Source: Octopus sinensis (Eukaryota). From it: a DNA stretch of 64,000 nt. Within the stretch, counting starts at the first letter, position 1. Every line of letters starts with the position of its first letter. Positions 51,945 through 64,000 of the stretch are shown one piece after another. The stretch covers positions 68,448,001 through 68,512,000 of the forward strand of contig NC_043009.1 in the NCBI RefSeq assembly GCF_006345805.1. The letters run 5' to 3'. A model generated the notes under the pieces. The model was not told the DNA's origin, did no database searches, and was given only the letters and a program-made list of their open reading frames with translations. The translations under genes and the position numbers were made by a program.

Positions 51945-53860
51945 CTAAACCAAAAAAAAAAAATATATATATATATACATATGTTATTGAGATGGTGTAT
52001 AAGATTTTTTACATAACATACAGAATGAGTTTTGTTACAATAACCAATTATGACAAAAGGCAACTTAACCATGCAATAAATAGACATCAATAAAACAAAT
52101 ATGAACATCTAGAATCCCTGCAGATGCTACCCCAGCATGGCCACAGTGCAATGACCAACCAGTAAAAGCAGATAAATTACTCAACTGTGAATAATTCTGC
52201 AACAAATGCTAGATTTTATAATTGCTCGCATGCAATAATGTTGTTCCAACACTAAGAATATTTAGAGTGTCTGTGTGTCAAAGCTTTCATCATATTTTTT
52301 CCCATAAATTCACAGTGTTTGTTTGAAGTATCAACGATTATTGACAATAGGTGGGCGTTATAGGGTTAATGTGCTACTGTTGTGATAATCATTTTTATCT
52401 ACTCGAGAAAAGTAGAAGGCCAAAACAATAAAATCTGTCTCAACTTGAGTTTGCAGACCCATCTAAATGGCATAAAGTTTTTAGTCCAGCACTGCTATTA
52501 GTACCAACTTTGCCAGCTTTTGAGGCTGATGAATAAAAATTACAGCAATTGTTTTCAAAAATGCTTTCACCAGAACATTTCGAAATAGCCACAGAAAGCT
52601 AAACAAAAAAGGAAGAATGAACAGAGGAGAAAGGTTAAGGGTTTCCAGCAGATTTAAAACGATACAGGGAAGCAATATTAATATGTTAGATTGAAGAGAA
52701 AACCAAACAAACAATAATGGATATTCTGTTTCTTTATTAATTCATAGCCACCAACGTTAGCTCATCCCTTTAACATATACAGCATCATCATCATCATCAT
52801 CATCATCAACAGTTGCCATTCCTTTATATAGATTACATGCATTCTGTGTTATAGCCAAAAAATTTTTTTCACATAGTAGAGGAAATGAATTTTTCTTAAT
52901 CTATTTACACAGACTCTGCAAGTTAAGAAGAAGAAGAAGAAACTAATTATTATCACCAGATCAAAATAAACCCCTTTGGTGAAACGAATGATTTTCTTGC
53001 AACAGTTTATTTATTAAAGCTCACAGTCTCCAAACTCGGATCAATAAAAGAAAAAAAAAAGAATCTACCAAAATCCAGTTGTATTATTTCCTTTTAAACC
53101 TGGGAATACCGAGCATTGTCTGAATTCATTGAAGGTTCAAATCAGATTAGAGGATTAAGAGAATGACATGTGTAAGAAAGCATTTGAAATTGTAAAGAGC
53201 TTTTTAGTATTGACGATGATGATGATGATGAGGTGGTGGGGTGGGGGGTGAGAGTTATTCATAAACCTTGGAATGGAAGTTGCCAGCAAGAAAATAGAAG
53301 TGACAAGAAATAAAGGACCAAGCATAACAGAGTTTGGAATGGATGTGGAGGTGGGGGTGGGGGTGAGGTTGAGATGCAGAAAGAGACAGACAGACAGACA
53401 GACAAATATACCACATAGTTCCATTACCATCTGACAATATCACAGCAACAAGGAGTGGGTGGGTGTTCTTATTGAATTTAAAGAAATGTCACTAAAGAAA
53501 TTTCTATTTACTCCATTTTCGTCACAAAGTGGAGTAATATTGCTTTACTTATAAACAGGTGAGGATTGGCAATAGGAAGGGCACCAGGCCATAGAAACAT
53601 CAACCAAAACAAATTCCATCCCGTCCATGCATGTACGGAAAAGCATGGCAGTTAAAGCAATTTTTGCATCAGTTTATTCATATCAGAATTCTCTCCATTG
53701 TCCAAGTCTTGTAAACACTAAATTGGAGATTCTCTCTGCTTTGTGATATTGCTGTTTTGCTTTTGCAGTGTACCTATCACCACAGGTACATGACCACCAG
53801 TTAACAGTTCCCTTACATTCACAAATAACTGTTCCACATCAATGGAAGATCCTTCTAAGG

Positions 53861-54332
53861 CAGCAGTTCTCAACCATTTATTTGGCCTGTAGACTCTCTT
53901 CATCCCTACTCTACTGGATCTCCATAATCATTAAATGTTTTTAGAAATTAGTAAAGAGGCAAGCTGGCAGAATCGTTAGCACGCCAGGTGAAATGCTTAG
54001 CAGCATTTCATCTGCTGCTACATTCTGAGTTCAAATTCCGCCAAGGTCGACTTTGCCTTTCATCCTTTCAGTGGGGTTGATAAAATTAGTACCAGTTACA
54101 CACTGGGGGATCGATGTAATCGACTTAATCCCTTTCCCCAAATTTGAGGCCTTGTTCTTCCAGTAGAAAGGACAAATTAAATATCATTAGGATTTGTATA
54201 GAACAAAATTAAAATACTGCGCATTGTAGGAGCATAAACTGCTTATTGCACCTAAACTTTTACAGCAAAATCATATACGCCCTCCTCCAACCTACCCCTA
54301 GGGTCACATGGACCCCGGGTTGAGAACCAGTG
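53861..54332. mobile_element. hAT-Charlie-type MITE containing a nested SINE family B (about 53955-54172, +)
   Basis: TIRs CAGCAGTTCTCAACC / GGTTGAGAACCAGTG; 8-bp TSD TTCTAAGG / TTCTTAGG. Confidence 0.8.
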
Positions 54333-57300
54333 TTCTTAGGGAACACAAGAACTGGCAGTCATCAGTTTGTAGTGCAAGCTACCACCAACTGTCAAAGTCT
54401 ATTATAAGCATCTGAGAGAAGAGAGAAATTTGTCCGACTGGGATACAAACCATTTTGTGAATGCATTGACAAGCAATACAATGCAACACAGACCCCATGC
54501 TCAACATTTTTCTCTTTGAGAAACAATGCCAGCCTTCAAATGAACAATCAGCCTCACTCAATCAAATAACAAATGGCAGTCGGGTATTTTTCCCCTCTTT
54601 TTCTCTTGGCTTTTTATTTTACACACAGCTGGCTGACTAAGACAATAATTCTGCAGCAAACAAGTTATTTGATAAGGTATTAAGTAACATGATACACACT
54701 AACATTTGCAAGAGAATTAGATGAGTATTAATTATGATAAGTCGTTAACCCTTCTCCAGCCAGAAACTGGAGATAATTTCATTGGCAGCTAAACTTTCAG
54801 AACAGCTGATAAAATCTCAGAAAAAGGCTTTAAGCATGGCAACCCTGCTTCTTGTTTATTTTTGCTTATATTTATAATGCTATTTATACCAATAATTACT
54901 GGGTATCATGCTAACACCTTCTGCCATAACCACTGGTGTCAATATGCAGCTTAGAATCTGCATAAATATTATGGAAAAAACAAAAAAATGAAAAAAGCAT
55001 TGTTTGAAATATCCTCTCGTAGCAACAGCAAAAACACTACAAAACCTTCAGACCCGTGCATGTGTGTGTGTGTGTGCATGTGTGTGTGTGTGTGTGTATT
55101 ATATTCAGTTGCAGTTTACATAAATGGTGTTGAAATAAAATACAAGTATAACAAGAGCTATGCAAATGTATTAACCTATTTCCCTGCCGACCAATATTTC
55201 ATATTGATAAAAACAATGGCTTGTCTGCAACCTACACCATTCACTGCAGCTAAATCATTTCTCTTCCATTATCAATACAAACGGATAAGGCATATTTCAA
55301 TCAATCTTCTAAGTCTTCACACTTCATATTTCGAGGTTTTATGCTTTCTGCAAGTCCAGACTTTCAAAGCCAACCCACACCAGATGATGACTAACAACCA
55401 ATAATACAGCCAAAGAATATTGGATCAATTAAGCTCTCTCTCTCTCTTCATACAAAAAAGGGCGAGGTTCTTAAGAAATTTTCACCATCAGGCATGGCTT
55501 CCCAACCACATAGTTCTGGGTTCAGTCTCACTGCATGGTACCCTGGGCAAGTGTCTTCTACTATAGCACCAGGCTGACCAAAGCTGTGTGAGAGGATTTG
55601 GTAGAAGGGAACTGGAAAAAGCCGTGTGTGTGTGTGTGTATGTGTGTGTCCTGCCACCACCTGACAAGTGATGGTTGGTTTACATCCCCATTACTTTGAG
55701 GTTCAGCAAAAGAGACTAATAGAATAAATACCAGGCTTGAAATAAAAAGTACTGTGGTCAGTTTGTTTGATTAAAAGTTCAATGCTGCGCCCCAGCATGG
55801 CTACAGTCTAATGACTGAAACAAGTAAAAGATAAAAGATCACTGGCATTACTATTCCAACATTAGAAATGGCTAATATTTAACAGAACTATTATCATTAT
55901 CATTCTTCTTCTTCTTATTATTATTATTATAACTATGACGTATAGTTCTGTTCTACACAGTTTCCCCTATGCCTCCCCCATTATAGGGGTTCTAATGCAT
56001 TGCAGGGGCTAAGCACATGTCTGAATAAGACATTAGTCTTATTCCAAAATTATCTCCGAAGCTTTTGAAACCAAGTGAACAACAGTGGACGGCTGAAAGC
56101 TGACTCATATTCCACTGCAGTTATTGTTCTGAGACAAGTCACTAAAGACTATTTCACCAATTCCTCATATCTGTTTACAAATCCAATACTTCTCATTCGA
56201 TCTTTGTTCCGTTACCAAAGAAACCAAAGGCTCAGGCCTGCACAGAGTTTAAAACAATAAGCCTAATGAGTTGTGTGACTATAGACTCTGCCACTGACAG
56301 AAACCATCCGACAAAGAATTACATCGAGAATTAATGAATATGTCAACTGCAAATTGGTTTTAGACAAGGAATGGAAACTCGTGAATGACTGGTAAACCTA
56401 AGAACCATATGTGAAAGAGATCATCATCATCAGCATCATCATCATTTACTGTCCCTTTTTCCATGCTGGCATGAGTTGGATGATTCAAAAGGAACAGACC
56501 AGCAAGAGGGTTGCACCAAGCCCCAGTGTATGCTTTGGCATGGTTTCTACAGCTGGATACCCTTCCTGGTGCCAACGACTTCACAGTGTGGACTGGGTGC
56601 TTTTTTCATGGCACCAATAAAGATGAGGTCGCCAAGGAGTCACAAGACAAGACGCTCTCAACTGAGAGGGGCACAATATTGCAAGATATGAAATTATGAT
56701 ACAAGGACAGGAGCCGGTGTCTTGTTGATATAAATCGAAATGTTAAGAAATACTTTATCGATTTTACCAAAGCATCTGACAGTAAAATATGTTATCTCAA
56801 AATAAAAAAGCAAAAATGTAATGGGAGCAATCAACAGAGGTAAAAAGAGGAAGAATTAAGAAAGGGATTACTCATACATTAAGATGACCTTTGTGAGGGC
56901 ATGTCACCGAGTGATTAGGGTATTCTGCCCATGGTCAAAGGTCATAAGTTTGATTCCTGGTGGCACATTGTGCCAGTGAGCAAGACACTTTATTTCATGT
57001 TACTCCAGTTCACTCAGTTGTAGATATGAGTTGCGATATCACAGGTGCCAAGCTGTATTGGCCCCTTTGCCTTTCCCTTGGATAACACTGGTGGCATGGA
57101 GAGAAGGGAGGCCAGTATGCATGATCAACTGCTGGTCTTCCATAAACAACCTTGCACGGACTTGGGCCTGGAGGGTAACTTTCTAGGTGCAATCCCATGG
57201 TCATTCATGACCGAAGTGGGTCTCAGCATTGAGGCAAGCTTCTCATCCGTGAACAACAATTCATTATATTAACACTTTGAATACGATGCCTTTTTATGAT

Positions 57301-57408
57301 TTAAAAGTAGGGAGCACCAAAAGTTTGTGTCAGTTTCTTTGATATGTCCAAACTTATTAAAAACAGGAAGACATAACAAAAGGATGGAATTAAAGAATAT
57401 GGGAAAAA

Positions 57409-57621
57409 GTGCCGCCTGACTGGCTCCTGTGCTGGTGGCACGCAAAAAGCACCTACAACACACTTGGAGTGGTTGGTGTTAGGAAGGGGCATCCAGCTGA
57501 AGAAACCTTACCAAATCAGATTGGAGACTGGTACAGCCTCCCAGCTTACCAGTTCTCAGTCAAACTGTCCAACCCATGCCAGCATGGAAAGAGGATGTTA
57601 AACAACAACGATGATGATGAT
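57409..57621 (+). mobile_element. SINE family A copy
   Basis: Same core and (GAT)n tail; about 65 bp from the donor of exon 57686-57884. Confidence 0.75.
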
Positions 57622-57685
57622 GTGACCAAACATTAATCAGTTAAATTTAAAGAATTCACGCTTTCATAAAACAATGTTCACTTAC

Positions 57686-57884
57686 CGTTTTGTAGCCAAT
57701 GGCATGTCTGGTTTCATGTCGGCATCAAGGAGCCACTCATCCCTGAAGTGGAGCTTCAGGGAGCTTATACGGGTCATCAGGACACTGGAACCCATGTAGT
57801 CAAGGCGAGCCTCGGCAGCAAACAGGGAAAGACCAGATTGGTGGTCTGGAGGATTTCCTTGTTCGGGATCTTCGAGGACAGTAA
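57686..57884 (-). CDS. BLTP1: BLTP1 exon (FTVLEDPEQ...AEARLDYMGSSVLM...RDEW...PLATKR), 199 nt, phase 1-2
   Basis: Acceptor cttcag|, donor |gtaagt; EARxDYMGSS motif; absent from the ORF track but read manually. Confidence 0.92.
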
Positions 57885-58299
57885 CTGAAGAAGCAAAATA
57901 AACAAGTAAAGCAACACGATCATTAAATACTAATTAATTACTAATCAAACTACAATAAACAAAATTAGCATTTACTCATGAGATTGCAATTTTCATTTTT
58001 TTTCTTTTCTGCCTATTAATTCCATCTTTAGAGAAGAAATTCAATATTTCCATCATCGGTTTTATTGTCAGATATGTACCTAGTGATAATCTGGATTTGA
58101 ACTAATAATCTTTAATTCTAAACCAAACGTAGTAACATTTACCCGTTAGGCCACTAGAGACTTGTTCATCTCTAAAAATGAGAGAAACAGTTTAAAAAAT
58201 TAGAATTTTATTACCAACAACTCATCTCACAGATATTCAAACATTTATTTTTCCTAGTTAACCTTTTAACTCCTTGAAAATCTATTTCCCATCTGGTAC

Positions 58300-59212
58300 T
58301 TGATGCTTATTGTCCTGGCTCATCCGCCACATCCAAAGTCTACTCTCTCCATTAGACTGCCAAGGATTCTACCGCACCCTTTGTGTGTGTCCATAACTTG
58401 CACTGGGTACTCTGCATAGAATTTCTACCTACATCTTTCCTACATGTTGAGCAGGGTGGTTTCCGTGCTTACTAGAACTTTGGTTTTCGCTAAATTAACC
58501 TTAAAGCTCTTTGATTCTAGGTTTTGCTTCAACAGCTAGAATTTCTTTCCTAGTTCTACATCACATCCTGCTATAAGACCAAGGTCATCAACATATAGTA
58601 GATCCCAAGGGCAACCAATCTTAAATTCCTTTGTTATGGCCTGTAGAACTATGATGAACACAAAGAGACTGAGAATCGAACCCTGGTCAACACTTGCCTT
58701 ACACAAAATTCGTTGCTGTACACACTGCTAACTTTCACCCCACTAACAGAAACCCTGTACATGGCTCTAACAAGTCATTCATCAACCTCAGAGACCACCA
58801 AACCACAAAGTGAGGGACCCTTTTAAAGGCTTTCTCTAGGTTGAAGAAAGCGAAGCAGCTCTTAGCTAAATACCTCTCCTACAATTGTCTTACTAGGAAA
58901 AGAGCATCAATACCACACTCCCTGGCACAAAACCAAACTGCATTTTGTCTAGACTAATTCTCTTCCTAATAAACTGAGCTCTCTTTCCATAACTTTCATT
59001 CCCTGGTCCAACAAGCTGATAACTTTGGAACTGCTTCAAACTAAGGCATCTCCTTTACCCTTGTAACAATTATTCAGTATAATGCTGCTGCACCAGACAT
59101 CAGGTTTAACACCTTCATGTATAACCTGATTAACTTTACAGGTGACTGGGCTGCATTCTACTCCAGATATTTTAAGCACCTTAGCAGTAATTCCTTATAG
59201 ACCAGGGGCTAC
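58300..59212 (-). mobile_element. degenerate RTE-clade LINE reverse transcriptase remnant
   Basis: Manual translation gives AFFNLEKAFKRVP, VDQGSILSLFVFIIVL, CPWDLLYVDDLGLIA and FKVNLAKTKVL plus a Cys-rich tail, with stops and frameshifts. Confidence 0.85.
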
Positions 59213-59333
59213 AAACGTGTGCAAGCATGCATGCATGCACATACATACACTCTGTGGGAATCATATGTCTTTCATATGCAGAAAATGAATTTCAATAACC
59301 AGATAACCATCATAAAGAAGAAGAAATAACAGC

Positions 59334-59380
<47 letters not shown>

Positions 59381-60843
59381 GAAGTCATATAGCAAGGCAC
59401 ACAAACACAAAATACAACAAAACACATAATAGGTATAAAAGAAAGAAAAAATAGCTTATAACACTGTTCGGTTCTACTTAAGTCTAATTCTGAAAGCAAA
59501 TATAATATAAATATATATTTATCAACATCAGAGCTGCAATGTTCTTTGACTGAAGCTAACAAAGCAAAGTGCAAAGCAATTTGAGATGGTAGAGAAAAAG
59601 TCTATTTTTAATGATCAGCTTTGTAGACATATGACAATATCTTTGATTCTGTTAACTGGAAGAAGAGATAAAGAAGGGAATTTCAATGGTGCATGTGTTT
59701 AATAAACGGCCCAATACTACAGCCAAAAATGTAACAACATCTATTTTAGTTCCAGTTTTAGAGTTGAGCAATGTTGCCAAACATGGACAAGAAAGAAATA
59801 AAAATACAAAAACTGAATATAAACTAAAATAACTACAATACATCTATTCATAACATTTCTGAAGTGAAACAACTCACAGTAAAACCTAATTGGAGGTGGT
59901 GGCCACCAAAACAATAATCAGAACAATAATTGGTTTGTTTTGTTTTGTTTTGTTTTGACTTTTTTTTTCTTCTTTTTAATATATACAACAGAGCCAGAAA
60001 ATGTGTTCATTTCCCCAGAGGGTAATTTTTACTAACAATGTCTGCATTTTAAGCTTGAAAAAGAATCAACTGGATTTTAAGTGAATTCATTTTGAATCAA
60101 GGGAAATATAAATAGAACAGAGAGAGAGAATGGTACTGGGAAAACTTATAGAAAGGTGAAGAGATAATATCTTGTGATGGTCATTGTGGTAGTTAAGTCT
60201 GACTGCTCTATCAGAACTGCTCTGGAGTTAAGATCAAAAGCGTTCCATCCATGACCATCCCATCTTTATTTCAAACATAGTGTATCTGAGACATTATGCA
60301 ATGTATCATTTTTTCTAACACTGTACAATGGGATTTAAGGAAGATTTGACTGCTATTTCTAGCAGGCTGAATGGTCATTAAGAATCCCCTTCATTAACTT
60401 AGACAATGAAATTTATTACTTTATTTACTTCAGTCTGACTGGCTAATCACAGGTAATATTACCTTCACAGTTGAGTGCTTAAAAATGGTGAGGACAAGTA
60501 AATCAACTGTGAAAATACTTGCTTCAACACTATGCAAATGCAGAAATTCACAAGAGTCTCACTGACACAGGGAAATTATTGCAGAACAGCAATAAGAATA
60601 AAAGAGAAAAACCTTCATCTCAGACAGGCGTCAGCTTTTTTTTCTCCACAAACTGCTATTTATTAAATAGCCACTTCTTTTTACAACCTCTTTCCATCAG
60701 ACTTCTTGAGACTAATCAAAACCATTATTTCACATTGTATAGTAACTGATTTTAAAGACCAGCTGGAAGGATGGTCATAGGCGGAGAGGAGGAAAGGCAT
60801 AAACGCAGGATGCAGACTAGAGGAAGAGAATGGCATTACTTAC

Positions 60844-61001
60844 AGTATGTATGGAGGTCCTGGAGATCAATAGTTCCACCCACAACACCGCCTTTCGAGA
60901 CGAGCATAGAACTGCCCAATCCTGCAGTAACTTTCATGTTTTTATGGCCAAAACTATCAATAGAGAGTCGGCCCTGGCTCTTGATATCTTTGGTGGCCCA
61001 A
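60844..61001 (-). CDS. BLTP1: BLTP1 exon (WATKDIKSQGRLSIDS...KGGVVGGTIDLQDLHTY), 158 nt, phase 2-1
   Basis: Acceptor tatccaaag|, donor |gtaagt; conserved KSQGRLS and SKGGVVGGTID motifs. Confidence 0.92.
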
Positions 61002-62992
61002 CTTTGGATAAAAGAAAAAAAAATAAATTGTAAAAATAACAACAACAACAACAACAGCTGAAGAAACTTGGCTAGACACATTTCATTCCTAAAATTAAAT
61101 AAAAAAAATAAATAGCCAATAGTAGTCCGATTACATCAATAGCAACAGCAATAGTTATGCAAGGCAACTTACAAATGAACCAAAGTATTTTAGCTCAGAT
61201 TGATAATGCAGATGAAATTTTATTCACAGTGTTTATAAAATGCGTAAAAAGTAAAAATTTAAAGAAGAAACGTGTAGGAGGCATTATGTGTGAGAACGGA
61301 GATGGGTGTGTGTATGAGTTAGTATGCATGTGTGTGGTGTTTGGATGCAGAAATGTAAGTTTGCGTAGGGCATGCATCGATATATTCCTGTCTACGCATA
61401 CAGATCTGTATGTGTATATATGTGGTTAGATTGGAGCCTGGTGTAGCCTCCTGGCTTGCCAGTCCTCAGTCAGACCATCCAACCCATGCCAGCATGGAAA
61501 GCAGATGTTAAATGACGATGATGATGATGATGATAGGGCACAGGTACACCAGGAGTGTTTATGGTTTGCTGTGCTTGAGAACACAAGACAAGCGAAGTAA
61601 ATATGTGGTTGTCCTTGCATACAGGCTTGACCCCTACAGCCCTCTTCAGTTGAGCGTTCCTAATCTTGCAGGCTTGTGGGTGTCAGTGCCAAGTAAAAGC
61701 ACCCAGTACACACTGTAAAGTGGTTGGCATTAGGAAGGGCATCCATTCATAGAAACCATGGCAAAACATATATGGAGCCCAGGCAGCTCTCCAGCTGACC
61801 AGCTTCTGTCAAACCGTCCGACCCATGCCAGCATGGAAAAGCGATGATGATGATGATAAGAGACATCTGTAGATGCCTGAATCCAACAAACATAAATGGT
61901 ATATTTCCCAAAGCGAATTTCATTGCAAGTTTCTAGTGTTGCAAACTTGAAGGACAATGATAAGAGACAGACAGACGGACGGATCCACTTCAGCCAGTTT
62001 TAAGTGGACAACAGACAAAAGGTCCAGAGATAATTTCAAATGAATACAACTTTTCTATAAACTGCATTGTGTTACTTCTCATAAAAATTTATTTCTAGCA
62101 ATTTATTCTTATCGCTTATTTCAAAAATTACCCCAGGGGAAATGGAAATCAAAGGCATTGTCTGCCAGCAAGATTTAAATGCAAAACATTGATGGTACAC
62201 CATACTGTAAAGCATCTCATTGGGGTTTCTCAACTATGTCCCCTTTCTAAAATCTCTCTATATAAAAGGGCAAGTCATGTGTCTTTTTTCTTTTCCTTTT
62301 GATTTAAAAAAAAACGTTCTGTCACACACTAAAAATGTGAAAGGAGAAAGAGAAAGTAGTGGCTATACTGAAAGATGTGAAAGAGAGAAAGAATATTCTC
62401 ACAAAAGAGGAAACAAATAGAAAGACTTCTACAATAAAGGAAATTAGAAAGGTAACATGATAAAATAAGAGATACTGCAAGTGAGAGAGAGGAAGAGAGA
62501 GTGAGAGATTTGTGCAAGAGTTTTTCAGCTTTCTTGCAAATGCTTATAGTTTTTGCTCACACACACACACACGCACACACACACACACACACACAAAATG
62601 GACGTCTGCAGCCTCTGGGTATCTTGGTCAACTTGAGGCTGCAGTAGAAGACATTTGCTCAAGATGACATGCAGTAAAATCAAAACGAGAGGCAGCAGAG
62701 CAAAGCGCTATCCAAACCAATTTCTTAACCACGCAGCCATGTTTGTATCCAGAACTCAGAGAAGAAAAGTACTGACCTGGAATAACCTGGAATACACTAA
62801 AACAACCAGCCTTCTTCTGAATCGGCTGACTTAACAATAAATGGAATTAAAACAATAGCACAAGAACTACATCTTTGCTTAAGCATTACAACTGGAAACA
62901 CTAACCAGGGTTCAAACTTTGTTCAACGACCACAGCTGCTACTGTCACTACTGTCAATAGTCAATGATTATCCATGTAATATATCACAAGTC

Positions 62993-63200
62993 ATCATCAT
63001 TTAACATCCATTTTGCATGCTGGCATGGGTTGGATGGTTTGACAGGAGTTGGCAACCCAGAGAGCTGCAGTAAACTCCATCATCTGTTTTGACATGGTTC
63101 CTACAGCTGGATGCCCTTCTTAATGTTACCCACTTTAAAGAGTGTACCGGGTGCTTTTTTATGTGGCACCAGCAAGTAACTTGCAACACAAAGACCTCTC
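62993..63200 (-). mobile_element. SINE family A copy
   Basis: catcatcatttaacatccattttgcatgctggcatgggttgg...ggatgcccttcttaatg. Confidence 0.72.
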
Positions 63201-64000
63201 AGCTGGGAGAGGGAATGTTAGTGAGGCAGTGGCTTTCTGGCAGTTCATAGGTTAAAATACAGGCTTAGAGATAGATGTCTTGCTATAGAGGAGATACCTG
63301 GCTACCCTGGTAGGAAAAGGAGGGAGAAGAGAGAGTTAGAAAGAAAGATAGACAGACAGAATGAAAGAGTGAAATAAATGATGTTGGAGATGTACTGGAG
63401 CTGACCCATAGGATACAGCAGGGGCAATACATGAATCAACCTCTTCCACCAGGTTCTTAGTTGGTGGGGTCCAGCTAAAATACAATCTCCTCATGTCCCT
63501 TTAAGCTATATCCTTGTATATCTCAGCTAAGGACAATATATTTTGAGTGTCGATGCCATCCTTTGAATGTAATAATTGAAAACACTGAATCCAGTGACCA
63601 CACAAACATTACTACTATGACACACGGGGCAGCTCCCACTGACCAGGGATCACCACCACAAGATAAAGATCCCTCTTAAGTCATATAAACTCACAGGACC
63701 ATTTTCCCTGTTTCCATGGCACTGGATGGGACACTGATCCGTTGCAGGATCACACATTTTGGCCAGCTGAGTGGACTGAAGCAATGTGAAGAACACAACG
63801 CATCACCTGGTGCAGGAATTGAAACCACAATCTTATGATCATGAATCCAACACCCTAACCTATGCACCTCCACCACTACAATTACCCCTATGACTGTTAC
63901 CACTACCACCACCACCATCACAATTACCAACATCGCACCAACAACTATTACCACAACCACTACTACCAAACAATGATAACTATCTCAACAACCACACTAC

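Larger units (their letters stand above)
13132..61001 (-). other. BLTP1: 3' part of multi-exon gene for bridge-like lipid transfer protein family member 1 (KIAA1109/tweek/lpd-3 orthologue); 5' exons lie beyond the window
   Basis: Nine exons join in frame through GT-AG introns (1684 nt). The C-terminus DWRQFECKTWHLEPTVRLVHWASRQIDPIGVDYILQKLGFSHARVTIPKWMQRGFMDPMDKMLAVLV matches the KIAA1109/BLTP1 C-terminal motif as I recall it (DWRDFMCNTWHLEPTLR...IDPVGVDYILQKLGFHHARTTIPKWLQRGVMDPLDK). Confidence 0.95.

Noticed and set aside
61002-64000. Further upstream BLTP1 exon
   Set aside because: No segment encoding the expected preceding motif with valid splice sites was found; it probably lies beyond the window.

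Overview
AT-rich, microsatellite- and SINE-dense animal genomic DNA. The repeat families and landscape look like Octopus/coleoid cephalopod; this is inferred, not proven. The window holds the last nine coding exons of a minus-strand BLTP1/KIAA1109 (tweek/lpd-3) bridge-like lipid transfer protein gene. They span 61001->13132 and total 1684 nt (about 560 C-terminal aa); all introns are GT-AG and all phases join correctly. The introns carry several tRNA-derived SINE families, RTE-clade LINE remnants, piggyBac and hAT MITEs, a Helentron-type element and many simple repeats. Highlights: (1) a 737-bp TA-flanked fold-back element whose arms combine a tRNA-like Pol III head, (AAT)n and a Penelope-type minimal hammerhead ribozyme, with more decayed hammerheads nearby; (2) unique intronic or UTR blocks that are imperfect inverted complements of most BLTP1 exons, i.e. 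candidate ADAR editing-complementary sequences; (3) downstream of the normal stop, a well-formed 61-nt exon, an AG|GT recursive splice site and another strong acceptor, suggesting an unannotated alternative 3' end and C-terminus.
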